IMG/VR virus record: IMGVR_UViG_3300032248_000963
Span: 1 to 35,173 of that record
Strand: one strand, 5' to 3'
Length of the DNA: 35,173 bases
Source of the DNA: a virus
Lineage: Duplodnaviria; Caudoviricetes
Shown: positions 4,803 to 15,300 of the stretch, piece by piece
Layout: each line of letters opens with the position of its first letter
Position numbering within the stretch: position 1 is the first letter of the stretch
Notes under the pieces: model-generated
Database searches by the model: none
The model's input: the letters and a program-made list of their open reading frames with translations, nothing else
What the model was told of the DNA's origin: nothing
Translations under genes and position numbers: made by a program

Positions 4803-4994
4803 ATGACTAAAGTATATCAGAGTACAGTAGAGTATAACGAAGACTTCGACGAATATTATGCTACAATTCCCGAAGAGTTGCGTGATAGCACTGGATGGGA
4901 AGAGGGTGATGTTGTTGATTGGCACATGAATAAAGATGGTACAGTTATGTTAATGTTATCAGATGAAATTTCAGAGGACAATGAAAATGAATGA
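4803..4994 (+). CDS. AbrB/MazE/SpoVT-family DNA-binding protein, 63 aa
   Basis: YATIPEELRDSTGWEEGDVVDW..NKDGTVML matches the swapped-hairpin signature xTIPxExRxxLGxxxGDxVxx; start reassigned to ATG4803. Confidence 0.75.
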   Translation: MTKVYQSTVEYNEDFDEYYATIPEELRDSTGWEEGDVVDWHMNKDGTVMLMLSDEISEDNENE

Positions 4995-5283
4995 AGAAAC
5001 GATTGGTTACACCGTTATCAACAAAGACGGAAAAGTAGTTGAGGATGTAAAATTTAATGATTATGATAAGTTAGCCGACCATATGTTAGAGATGGCAGAG
5101 AAATGGTATACGGGTGAATATAGTGAAGATGACAAATTAGAGATTTCAGCATTTGATGAAACTGGAGAAATTATTTACAGTGACGTTGCAACATTTGGAG
5201 AAAGCAAAAATGATATTTCAGACGCCTTTAACATCACTCCTGAGGGCATCCCAATCTGGGGAGAGTTCGGAACAAATAGTTAA
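4987..5283 (+). CDS. Acidic hypothetical protein, about 98 aa
   Basis: ORF-track frame 4963..5283; ATG4987 overlaps the upstream end and follows GAGGA. Confidence 0.75.
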   Translation: MNEETIGYTVINKDGKVVEDVKFNDYDKLADHMLEMAEKWYTGEYSEDDKLEISAFDETGEIIYSDVATFGESKNDISDAFNITPEGIPIWGEFGTNS

Positions 5284-5479
5284 TTTAGAAAATAGAGTGC
5301 TTACCGTAGTAAATGACATTGACCGTCGTTTGAGGGCATTGGAAGACCGTGTAGGCAAGATTCCTGACCCGTTTGTGTTGTATTATCGACCACCAGGGGA
5401 AGATTATAAAAAGATCAATGAAGTATTGGATGATGTTTATGGTCGTCTAAATATTTTAGAGATGGTTTTAGAGGATTAA
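5210..5479 (+). CDS. Hypothetical coiled-coil protein (..LYYRPPG..)
   Basis: ORF-track frame 5153..5479; start uncertain; stop abuts the next ATG. Confidence 0.65.
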   Translation: MIFQTPLTSLLRASQSGESSEQIVNLENRVLTVVNDIDRRLRALEDRVGKIPDPFVLYYRPPGEDYKKINEVLDDVYGRLNILEMVLED

Positions 5480-6339
5480 TGGCCACACTTTTAGTGGATG
5501 ATTATACCGTTGGATATGCTCCTCTTCCTGGACCACCAGTAGCAAATTTATTATTACCTGGAGCTACATATGAATTCAGACCAATACCAGCAAGTTTAGA
5601 TTTAACACAAGCTGGTCCTGGTGCAAATTATATTACCACGTATCAACCATTCAGTATTTACATAGATGCAATACCAACAGTTGGTGGAGAATATATTACA
5701 GGTATCGATATTAGTTTTTTGACTTGTATTTGTGAAGATCCTTTACCAGGAGCAGATACGACTCGTTCTGCAGATGGTCCATTAAAAATCAAAGCATCAC
5801 CTTATTGGGCACCTGGATTATTTTTAGAACCTTTGGTTAATATTTTTCCTGGAGTTGGAGGTAGTCCCGCAATAATTACTGGTTATTTTACAGAAAGGAA
5901 TTTTTATGATAGAGAGATAGTAGTTTCTTATTTAAATGCTATAGCAAAATTCAATTGTAATGGATTTTTCTATGCTCCGTTAGCAAAATTTCCAACGAAC
6001 CTACCATTTAATTTAAAAAAGATCAACATTCCATTACCATCAAATGTAAATGTAAATACTTTTTATCCATTAAGTATTGCTACTGCTTATAAAACAGAAT
6101 CTGAAATTTTAGAATCATATTTTAGTAGTATTGGTCAGGTTATATCATATAAAGGAACCGATATTAAAAAACTTAGATTTTTCTTTAATGTATCAATTAC
6201 TTCAAATACGGGAATATATTCTTCAACTGCTTATATGATTGTACAGTATAATCAAAAGGCAGCAAATAAAAGATTACAATTTTTATTGAAGCGTAAAAAT
6301 CCAAAAGCAGTTCTAAATATACCTGGCGGCACAGAATAA
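5479..6339 (+). CDS. Hypothetical, probably virion/baseplate-associated protein, 286 aa
   Basis: Long ORF with GAGGA RBS directly upstream of the PAAR gene; function inferred from context only. Confidence 0.75.
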   Translation: MATLLVDDYTVGYAPLPGPPVANLLLPGATYEFRPIPASLDLTQAGPGANYITTYQPFSIYIDAIPTVGGEYITGIDISFLTCICEDPLPGADTTRSADGPLKIKASPYWAPGLFLEPLVNIFPGVGGSPAIITGYFTERNFYDREIVVSYLNAIAKFNCNGFFYAPLAKFPTNLPFNLKKINIPLPSNVNVNTFYPLSIATAYKTESEILESYFSSIGQVISYKGTDIKKLRFFFNVSITSNTGIYSSTAYMIVQYNQKAANKRLQFLLKRKNPKAVLNIPGGTE

Positions 6340-6341
6340 TA

Positions 6342-6668
6342 ATGGATATCCCTGCTCTCTATACACCAGAAGATATGACAAGTGGGCATGGACCATGGCC
6401 ACCTGTCGGTTATACTCCTCCTCCAGGAGGAGCTTCAGCAAATGTGTTTATTAATAAAAAAAATGTTCATAGAGTAGGAGATAAAACTCTTCCACATGTT
6501 CATTTGCCACCTGACATTCACTCCGATACTATTTCAACTGGTTCCAAAACTGTTTATGTCAATAAACAACCCATGGCAATTATTGGCAGTTTATTAACTT
6601 CTCAGTATGGACCAGCGGGACAAGTAGCAGCATTCGGTGCTGCCACCGTGTTTGTTGACAATAAATAA
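6342..6668 (+). CDS. PAAR-family baseplate spike-tip protein (T4 gp5.4-like)
   Basis: GHGPWPP, NVFIN...HRVGD...PH, GSKTVYVN...IG, TVF motifs; lies upstream of gp25. Confidence 0.85.
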   Translation: MDIPALYTPEDMTSGHGPWPPVGYTPPPGGASANVFINKKNVHRVGDKTLPHVHLPPDIHSDTISTGSKTVYVNKQPMAIIGSLLTSQYGPAGQVAAFGAATVFVDNK

Positions 6669-6683
6669 AAATTGCAGTATAAT
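6655..6683 (+). promoter_or_regulatory. Perfect consensus sigma70 promoter TTGACA-N17-TATAAT
   Basis: TTGACA 6655-6660, TATAAT 6678-6683; the spacer also holds a late-promoter-like ATAAATA. Confidence 0.85.
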
Positions 6684-6709
6684 ACCAGTATATTCGTTTT
6701 CTGAAATAT

Positions 6710-6853
6710 ATGGCAAAAGCACCAAGTTTCAACAAGTCCGATTATCAACCTGGAAAACCAAAGGTGACCGCACAAGGTCGTTCAAAAAATACGAATCTTG
6801 CTGCATCGAGTCGTAACGGACGTAAGAAGCGTTACCGTGGTCAAGGAAATTAA
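6710..6853 (+). CDS. 47-aa basic protein ending RKKRYRGQGN
   Basis: Manual translation; the KKxYRGQG tail is typical of a small basic protein family of T4-like marine/freshwater phages; has its own promoter and terminator. Confidence 0.85.
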   Translation: MAKAPSFNKSDYQPGKPKVTAQGRSKNTNLAASSRNGRKKRYRGQGN

Positions 6854-6861
6854 ATAAAAAT

Positions 6862-6883
6862 GGCGGCATTAGCCGCTTTTTTT
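6862..6883 (+). terminator. Intrinsic terminator
   Basis: GGCGGC-ATTA-GCCGCT followed by a T run and preceded by an A run, so possibly bidirectional. Confidence 0.85.
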
Positions 6884-6945
6884 GTGATTTTTCGGGATAG
6901 CAACCCCGTAAAAAGTTCTGTTTTATCTAACTTAGGAAAAAACAG

Positions 6946-7146
6946 ATGGCAATTCACCAAAATCCAGACAGAGATATCAATTATATGAGAGAAAACTGGG
7001 GCACTAATCGATTAATTACCGATTATGGTTCTGTGGAGCGTGTAACTCCGACAAAAGTAAAGAAAAATGAACCTCCAATGGATCGTTTATCAAAACCATG
7101 TGGTGGTAAGGACGGATTTGATGATTATGTAGAGTGGTGGGCATGA
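6946..7146 (+). CDS. 66-aa hypothetical cyanophage protein
   Basis: ORF track; AGGA RBS; YMxxxWGTxxLITDY motif; sits before gp25. Confidence 0.8.
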   Translation: MAIHQNPDRDINYMRENWGTNRLITDYGSVERVTPTKVKKNEPPMDRLSKPCGGKDGFDDYVEWWA

Positions 7147-7154
7147 AATGCGGG

Positions 7155-7162
7155 TATAAATA
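7155..7162 (+). promoter_or_regulatory. T4-type late promoter TATAAATA
   Basis: Exact gp55 consensus, 21 nt before the gp25 start. Confidence 0.85.
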
Positions 7163-7183
7163 ATAATAAAATAGTGGATTTTC

Positions 7184-7579
7184 ATGCCTGTAAGTACGGT
7201 CTTTAAAGATTTAAATATCACTTTCGAGGAGAATTTAGTCACCAAAGACCTAAAAGTGACCAAAAATTCGGATGCGATCAAAAGATCGGTTATGAATTTG
7301 ATTCTTACACAACCAGGAGAGAGATTTTTCAATCCAAATATTGGTTGTAGGGTTAGAAATTTACTTTTTGACCCATTAGATTTCATTACAGCTGCAGTTA
7401 TTAAATCTGAAATAGAATATACCATCAAAGCATTTGAGCCAAGAGTAGTATTAAAGAATGTGAATGTTGATCTAGATGAAGATAATAATGGTTTTGATGT
7501 TGTTATTGAATACACCATCATTGGTAAACCAGCAATAACAGAAAATATCGATTTATTCTTAGAAAGATCTAGAGCATAG
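7184..7579 (+). CDS. gp25: Baseplate wedge subunit gp25 (GPW/gp25 family)
   Basis: AIKRSVMNLILTQPGERFFNPNIG...LLFDP...FEPRV signature. Confidence 0.95.
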   Translation: MPVSTVFKDLNITFEENLVTKDLKVTKNSDAIKRSVMNLILTQPGERFFNPNIGCRVRNLLFDPLDFITAAVIKSEIEYTIKAFEPRVVLKNVNVDLDEDNNGFDVVIEYTIIGKPAITENIDLFLERSRA

Positions 7580-7581
7580 AC

Positions 7582-9372
7582 ATGCCTTACAATCAACTCA
7601 CAAATTTAGATTATTTTGATATACGAAATGCTCTCAGGGATTATCTGAGAGCTAATTCGGATTTTACTGACTATGATTTCGAAGGTTCAGTAATAAGCAA
7701 TTTATTGGATGTATTGGCATACAATACATACTACACGGCATTCAACACCAATATGGTGGCAAATGAGTCGTTCCTAGAGTCATCTACGTTAAGGGATAAC
7801 GTTGTTTCGATTGCCAAGCAACTAGGGTACTCTCCTCGTTCATCTACTGCTGCTAGAGCAGTGGTGAATTGTTCCATCACCTTTACTAATACTGTAGCAC
7901 AGACGGCAGTATTTAAAAGTGGGTCTGGATTTCTAACAACTATTGATAATGTTTTATATCAATACATTTTAAGGGATGATGTAAAAGCATCAATCATTGG
8001 TAATGTAGCTTCTTTTACCAACTTAAATATCTACGAAGGTATTCCCCTACAGCAATCTTATACGGTTGGCAACAGACCACCAAAGATTGTATTGAATAAT
8101 AAGGGAATTGATGTAAAGAGCATTAAAGTGAATGTGTATGCTAGTTCATCGTCCAGCAATTTTATTCCATACACTGCTGCTGAAAATATTTTAGAAGTCA
8201 ATCCTCTATCAGAAGTTTATTTTATTTCGGAAGGAGAGGATGAAAATTATACTATTACATTTGGCGATGGAGTTCTCGGAAAGCAATTAACTCCTGGTCA
8301 ATATGTGGTAATTCAATATTCTATCACAAGTGGTTCGGATTCGAATAACGCAAAGAGTTTTGTATTTAATGGATTGATTGAAGATACTAATGGACAGAAT
8401 ACTTTTGTAATTAGTAACATTTCAATTGGATTAGTAGACCAATCTAATGGTGGAACTCCTATAGAAAGCATTGAAAGCATTAAAAAGAATGCTCCTGCAA
8501 TGTTTGGTACACAGAACAGAGCAGTAACGGCAAATGATTACACAGCAATTGTTAGAAGAGTATATCCTTCGATTGCTGATGTATATGCTTATGGTGGAGA
8601 AGATGCAAATCCTCCAGAATATGGAAAGGTTAAAATTGTAATTAAACCAGATAATACTGATTATCTTACATCATACACAAAAAATAGAATTGAACAAGAA
8701 TTAAGAAAATTTTCGGTTGCATCAGTAATTCCTGAAATTGTAGACCCCTCAATTATCCACATTGAACTAACAAGTAAAATATATTACAACAAATCAGCAA
8801 CAAATAGAACACCAGACGAAGTTAGAAAATTAGCTATTCAAAATATAGAAAATTATATCAAAAATTCAGATACAGAAAAATTTGGTGGTAAATTTAGATA
8901 TAGTAGATTTGTGAGTGCTATTGATAATTCCGAATCTTCTATTCGTTCTAATTTAACTACAATTACAATGAGAAAGGATTTTTATCCTTCATTAAATAAT
9001 TCCAGTTATTACGAATTGTGCTTTAGTAATGCATTTGATTATGATTGTGATGAATTGGCACTTACCAGTACAGGATTTATAGTTCAAGAATATCCAAATT
9101 ATACTTGCTATATGGAAGATAGAGATGGCAAAGTCATCTTATACAGATATGATACATATGGAACCAAACAAGTGCTGGATAATGAAATTGGAAGTATTAA
9201 TTATTCCACTGGTGAAATAAAACTATATAATTTAACTATCATTAAAGGAAGTTTTAACGATGATAAGATTGAGGTCAGATTAAGACCTCAATATAATGAT
9301 ATCACAGCAAAACGTGAAATTTTCTTAGATGTAGATATCGCTAATAGTACTTTTACGATAATCCAAGAGTAA
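7582..9372 (+). CDS. gp6: Baseplate wedge subunit gp6
   Basis: FTDYDFEGS..LLDVLAYNTYY, LGYSPRS and QNRAVTANDY motifs; follows gp25. Confidence 0.95.
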   Translation: MPYNQLTNLDYFDIRNALRDYLRANSDFTDYDFEGSVISNLLDVLAYNTYYTAFNTNMVANESFLESSTLRDNVVSIAKQLGYSPRSSTAARAVVNCSITFTNTVAQTAVFKSGSGFLTTIDNVLYQYILRDDVKASIIGNVASFTNLNIYEGIPLQQSYTVGNRPPKIVLNNKGIDVKSIKVNVYASSSSSNFIPYTAAENILEVNPLSEVYFISEGEDENYTITFGDGVLGKQLTPGQYVVIQYSITSGSDSNNAKSFVFNGLIEDTNGQNTFVISNISIGLVDQSNGGTPIESIESIKKNAPAMFGTQNRAVTANDYTAIVRRVYPSIADVYAYGGEDANPPEYGKVKIVIKPDNTDYLTSYTKNRIEQELRKFSVASVIPEIVDPSIIHIELTSKIYYNKSATNRTPDEVRKLAIQNIENYIKNSDTEKFGGKFRYSRFVSAIDNSESSIRSNLTTITMRKDFYPSLNNSSYYELCFSNAFDYDCDELALTSTGFIVQEYPNYTCYMEDRDGKVILYRYDTYGTKQVLDNEIGSINYSTGEIKLYNLTIIKGSFNDDKIEVRLRPQYNDITAKREIFLDVDIANSTFTIIQE

Positions 9373-9375
9373 TAA

Positions 9376-12300
9376 ATGGCAGGAAAATATAGACCACTCT
9401 CAACCCTAGTTGAGCAACAGTTACCACAGTTTATCTCCGACGATTATCCCATGTATGTGGAGTTCGTCAAGAAGTACTATGAGCAATTAGAATGCAGTGG
9501 GCAACCACTGGATATTATCAATAACTTATCAAAATATCTAGATTTGGATACTTATGATAAAGAGTTATTCAAGTCATACACATATACATCTTCTTCTGTT
9601 GTATTAAATACTGATACAACCATTAATGTATTGGATACTACTGGATTTCCAGAAACCAACGGATACATTTTAATTGATGATGAAGCTATCTTCTATAGAT
9701 CGAAAACAAATACTTCATTCTTAGAATGTTATCGTAATGTTGGTGGTACAACAAGATTAGGTGATCTGTATAGCAAATCAGATGTTAAGACAGTAGAATA
9801 CAAAGATTTGGGTGTTGGCGTTGTACATGCAGCAAATACTACTGTAAGAAATATTAGTAATCTATTTTTGTATGCTTTTGTAAAGAATTTTGAATCTCAG
9901 TATTTAAGTTCGTTCCCCGAAGAATCATTAAAACCAGAAGTAGATAAAAAGATTCTACTCAAAAATATTAAACAATTTTACAAAGCAAAAGGAACTGATC
10001 AATCAATTCAGTTTATTTTTAGTTCTATTGTATCTACAGAAGCTAATGATATCCCAACGGTATATTATCCAAAAGATTTTACAATCAAACCTTCTGGTGG
10101 TGAATGGGCAAAAAGTTATTCACTCAAAGCAAAAATTATTTCTGGAGACCCATACCAATTAATTGGAAGAAGAATTACTCAATCACCAGATCCATATGAT
10201 TCAACTATTACTAATGCATTTGCTATTGTTGATTCAGTATTTAATCTTGGAAATAATTATTACGAAATTATTCTTTCTGAAAAAAGTATTGTAGGTGAAT
10301 TTAAAATTGCTTCTCAAACATTCTTAACAAAAACTTTAAGTTCTGTTAATGGAACTGGAAGTTTTATTAATGTATATTCCACTTTAGGATGGAGTGGTGA
10401 AAGAGGAAAAGTTTTTATTGGCAATGAAGAAATTGTTTACGAAGGAAAAACTATTAATCAGTTTAAAATTCTTTCAAGAGGGCAGAATCCAGCAACATAT
10501 ACAGTAAATATTAGTTCCACTCAAATTCCTGTTTATACAGCATCAACTGTCTCTGGTTCTTACACCGAAGATGGCGAAGAGTATGTTGTAAAATTATTAA
10601 TTCTTGGCGTTCTGTATAATTTAAATGCTACAAATCCTGCACCATATTCAAGTGTTGGAGATTTAGTAGAACAATCATCTCCAGGATTTATTACTAGAGA
10701 TGCAATTATCTATGATAAATCTATTTCTAATATTAGATGGAAAATTAATGAATCATTTGTTGCCCCTTCATCAACTACAAATTCATCTATAACATCTGAG
10801 TTATCAAATGTTATTGCAGATGTTTCCGCTATATTTGAAGATGCAAATTATTATTATATTGCTTCTTCGGGAATTCCATCTCATGATATTGGTTTAGCAA
10901 CATGGGAAACTTTAAAAGACCAAAAACAATTAAGATTAATTAAAAAAACTCCAGAGAGAAGCACAGAAATTTATAAAACCCCAACAAGAGATATTGGTAT
11001 TCTTGTTAATGGAGTTACTGTTAGGAGTTATAAGGATGATGAAGATGTAGTTTTTGGTGGAGTAACTGAAATCAATATCGAAAATAAAGGATTTGGATAT
11101 AAAAATCCACCATTCGTTTTAATTGAAGAAAAATTAGGTATTACTACAAATGCAGAGGCAATTTCTTATCTATCTGGAGAATCGGTAGATAAAATTGTTG
11201 TCACAAATCAAGGTTCTGGATATTTTCCACCATCTCCGCTCATCACTATAACTTCTGGAAGAAATGCTGTTCTTAGAGCAGTCGTGACATCTGGCAAAAT
11301 AACAAGTATTGTTATTGTTAATCCAGGAGAATATTATTCAACTCCTCCAGAAATTAGAATTATAGATAAAGCAGGAAAAGGAAAATTTGCATCATATAAA
11401 ACAATAATTTCTTCAAGTGGTCAAATTATTGATTGTGTGCAAGAAGAGGCTGGAAAATTTTATACACAAGAGAATATTGAAATTCAAGTAATACCAATTG
11501 GTTCTGGTGCTACTGCCACATCAGAAGTTAGAAAATGGAAGAAAAATAGATTTTATAGATTACAAAATTCATTAGATTCTTCATATGGATATTTTTTCCA
11601 GAATATTGATATGCAATATGGAAACGGTTATTCATATATTGCAAATCCAAAAAAACTAAGAATTGATTTAGGAGATAATTTATCTTCTACCAACCAAGTT
11701 CCTTCTACGTTGCTTCACTCACCTATTCTTGGATATGCCTACGATGGTAACCCAATATATGGCCCATATGGTTATTCAGACCCAGTATCGGCATCATCAA
11801 CTATTAGCAGAATGGTATCGAGCTATTCACCCAAATTCACTCGTCTGAATGGTCCCAGAACTGATTTATACCCATTAGGTTCATTAATTGAAGATTATCA
11901 ATATATTCATCGCTCTGGAACATTAGATGAAAATAATGGAAGATTTTGCGTTACTCCAGACTATCCAAATGGAACATATGCATATTTTGTAACAATAGAC
12001 TCAGACAATACACCAGTATTTCCTTATATTATTGGAGAAAATTATTATTCTTTACCTGTAGATTCAAATTACACAAAAAATATAACACAAGACGAAATTC
12101 CAAAAATTGCTTCTAGATTAAAAACACCAAATATTCCAGCAAATGGTTTAGGTTCTTCTGCCTATATTTCCGAAATAACACCTGGCACAATTTCATCTGT
12201 AGATATTCAATACTCTAGTGATAATTTTTCTGTAAATTCTTTGGTAGAAGTTGATTATTCTGGTAATGCTGGTTCAGGAGTAGTTGCATATGTAGATTCA

Positions 12301-15300
12301 GTTGAAGGTAAATCTGTAGATTATATTCAAAATCACCAAACAAAATGTATTAAAATTCAGACTTCATCAATTAGTTATTTTTACGATGAACAACTGCTAA
12401 AACAATCAAATAATGTTTACGGAACTATTGTTGGTGATGTATTTGATTCAAAAAACATAGTATTAAAAAATGTAGTTGGAACATTTGACAAAAATCTTCC
12501 AGTTTATTCTGACATAAAGGTAATTAGTGTAATTGTAGATAAGAGTTCAAATTATACTCAAAATTCTATTGTTAGATTAAAAAATAGTAAAAAAATTATT
12601 ATCAATTCATTAAACAATAGTGTTATAAATGTTTCTTCAAATCCATTTAATAATGGAGATCCAATTGTATTTACTGGTTCTTTTTCGCAAGTGATTGCAG
12701 ATAAGCAATATTATGTGAGAGATTCTAGTTCAGGTGGTTTTAAAATTTCCGAAACACTAAATGGTGTTGCACTAACTATAACTAATACATCTAATATTAT
12801 TTCAACAGCTGTTGGGCAAAAAGCAAAAGGAACAATATTAGAAAGAATTGAAGGAAAAAATTCAGTAAAAATTAGAGTAGAAGGTGGAGTATTTGATACT
12901 GATCAAAATTATTATTTGGAAAGCAGTACTTTAACTGATACAGTTGGTTCTAAAATTTTCTTATTGAATAAACTAAGTGAGAATATTCCTATTTTCCAAA
13001 TTAATGATAATATAGGATTAGTAAAAACTGCTCAAGAACATAAATTATCTGTTAATGATAAAGTTACTATTGATATCAATCCAGACGATGCTACAACTGA
13101 AAAAAATTACTACGTTAGAAGAAGAATATATCAAACAGCTAGAATTATTTCTCCTCAAATACAAACAAAAATCAATGATACTGGAATTGGTAGAATTTTA
13201 GTATTAAACTCTGGTGGATATATAACTAAAGTTAATGGAAACATACAAATAAATGGTGATTATGCTAATGGAGCAAGTCAATCTTATACCAACGTAGAAC
13301 TAGTATTTTTAGACCAGACAAAATGTAGAGATGAATATGGGGAGGTCGTTGGTTCTTCATCTCAATCTGTAATCGGAAAACCAGGAAATGCCAACAATGC
13401 CAGGGCAAATATTAATGTAACAAATGGGTCAGTAACTTCAATATTAATTACAACCAAAGGTTCTAGATATGTAACAGGAGATATCTTGACTTGCGTGGGT
13501 TCTTCTCTCGGCAAACCAAGTAATTCCTTAAATACTCAAGTTCTAAAAGTAAAGGTTGACCATGTTGGCATCTCCTCTACAGATACTACAATTAAATTAT
13601 TTTCAGTCGAAAATATTTCTGTAGATGATTTGTTGCTTGTAGAAAAAGAAATTGTAAAAGTTACAAATGTAAATTCTTCATCTAATAGCATAACTGTACA
13701 GAGAGCTCAAAATTCTACAGTATCTACCGATCATTCAAATTCAACAGATATTTTTGGGTATAACGTAAATTATCGTTTATCTTATCCTTATGTACTTAGC
13801 AGCGGAGTAAGTACGCCAATTGTTAAAACTTATGATACATTAACAGGAAATTTAGAAGTAGTTTATCCTATAGGAATTGCTATAGAAAGTATTTCTCGTA
13901 TTTCTGAAGGATATAATTTTTATGATCAAAGCAGTCCTAGAAAACTCATAACAATTTCGTCGGTTCTGGAAGAACCAACGTACAAATTTGAATTTTCTGA
14001 AGATACAAATGATTTGAATTATAAAAAAAATCCAGTAATAGATATTCAAAAATATTACATTTATAAATTTGATACCAGCAGCAGTACTTTATCTGGCACT
14101 TTCTTGGAATTTTCTCCAAGTATTAATTATAATATCTTGACCAATGAATCTACAAAGAATTCTATAAATCCTGGTTCTTCTGGTTCTTATATTAAACTCA
14201 AAATTGGATTTGGTTCATCTCTTGCTACAAATACATATCAAGAAAAAATTGACACAAATTTCAATAAATTTTATTATTTTGATAAATCAAATTTAACAGA
14301 TTCAGAAAAATCATACATTAATTTGATTGACGATCCTCTCCAAGGAGAAAAAATTGTAAATTATGTAACTCCATACTATTTTACTTATGATTTATCATCA
14401 ATTCCACAATGGGATGGTTCTGGAACTATATCTTATACCACAAAATCAAAAACAGCAATCGGCAAAATAAATTCTATTTCAGTTTCAAGTGGGGGAACAA
14501 ATCTAACTAAATTACCTACTGTAGTAGGTATTAGATGCTCTCAATATACTGAGGCAGAAGTTGATTGTACTTGGAGTTCGGAAACACAAAATTTATTATT
14601 TGTCGAAGTTATAACAAATGGTTCTGGGTATTCAAAACCCAAAGCTATAGTTTCTTATGGCGATGGAACACAAGCGGAATTTGTTGTTGCAACTGGAGTA
14701 AATGGATCAATTGCTGGTATTACTGTAAAAAATCCTGGAAAAAATTATACATTTAAACCAACAATTAAAGTTATTGAAACTGATGTAAATTGTTATTTAG
14801 AATCTTCAAATATTGGTGCTCCAAAATCTATAAAAATTTCTGCAAATGGTTATGGATTTTATAACGATAAAACTATTTCAAATACCTATAAAACTTATGA
14901 TGTTTTAGTATTAAAAAATATTTTTACAAATTCTTTTGTATCTGGCGAAGATATTGTTCAATATGAAGGTGGTATTGAGATTGCCAGAGGTAAAGTAACC
15001 ACAAATGGATACAAAGACAATAACAATATTTTAAAAGTAATCACGTTAGTTGGAAAATTTAAACAAAATTTACAAATTACGGGATTGTGGAAAAATAATA
15101 CAGCAATTGTCAAAAAAATATATACAACTATTTTTTCACCAGATATTAAATCATATGTTGATAATGCTGGAAAATATTTTTCAGAAAAATCAATTTTAGG
15201 AATCAATAGTCAAAAATTATCAGATTCCTATTATTACCAAGATTATTCATACACAATTAAATCAAAAACTCAAATCAATAATTGGAAAACTTTAGTAACT

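Noticed and set aside
6342-9372. Bacterial T6SS or tailocin locus (PAAR plus gp25-like)
   Set aside because: The gp25-gp6-gp7-gp8 order, TATAAATA late promoters and early gene array indicate a T4-like phage
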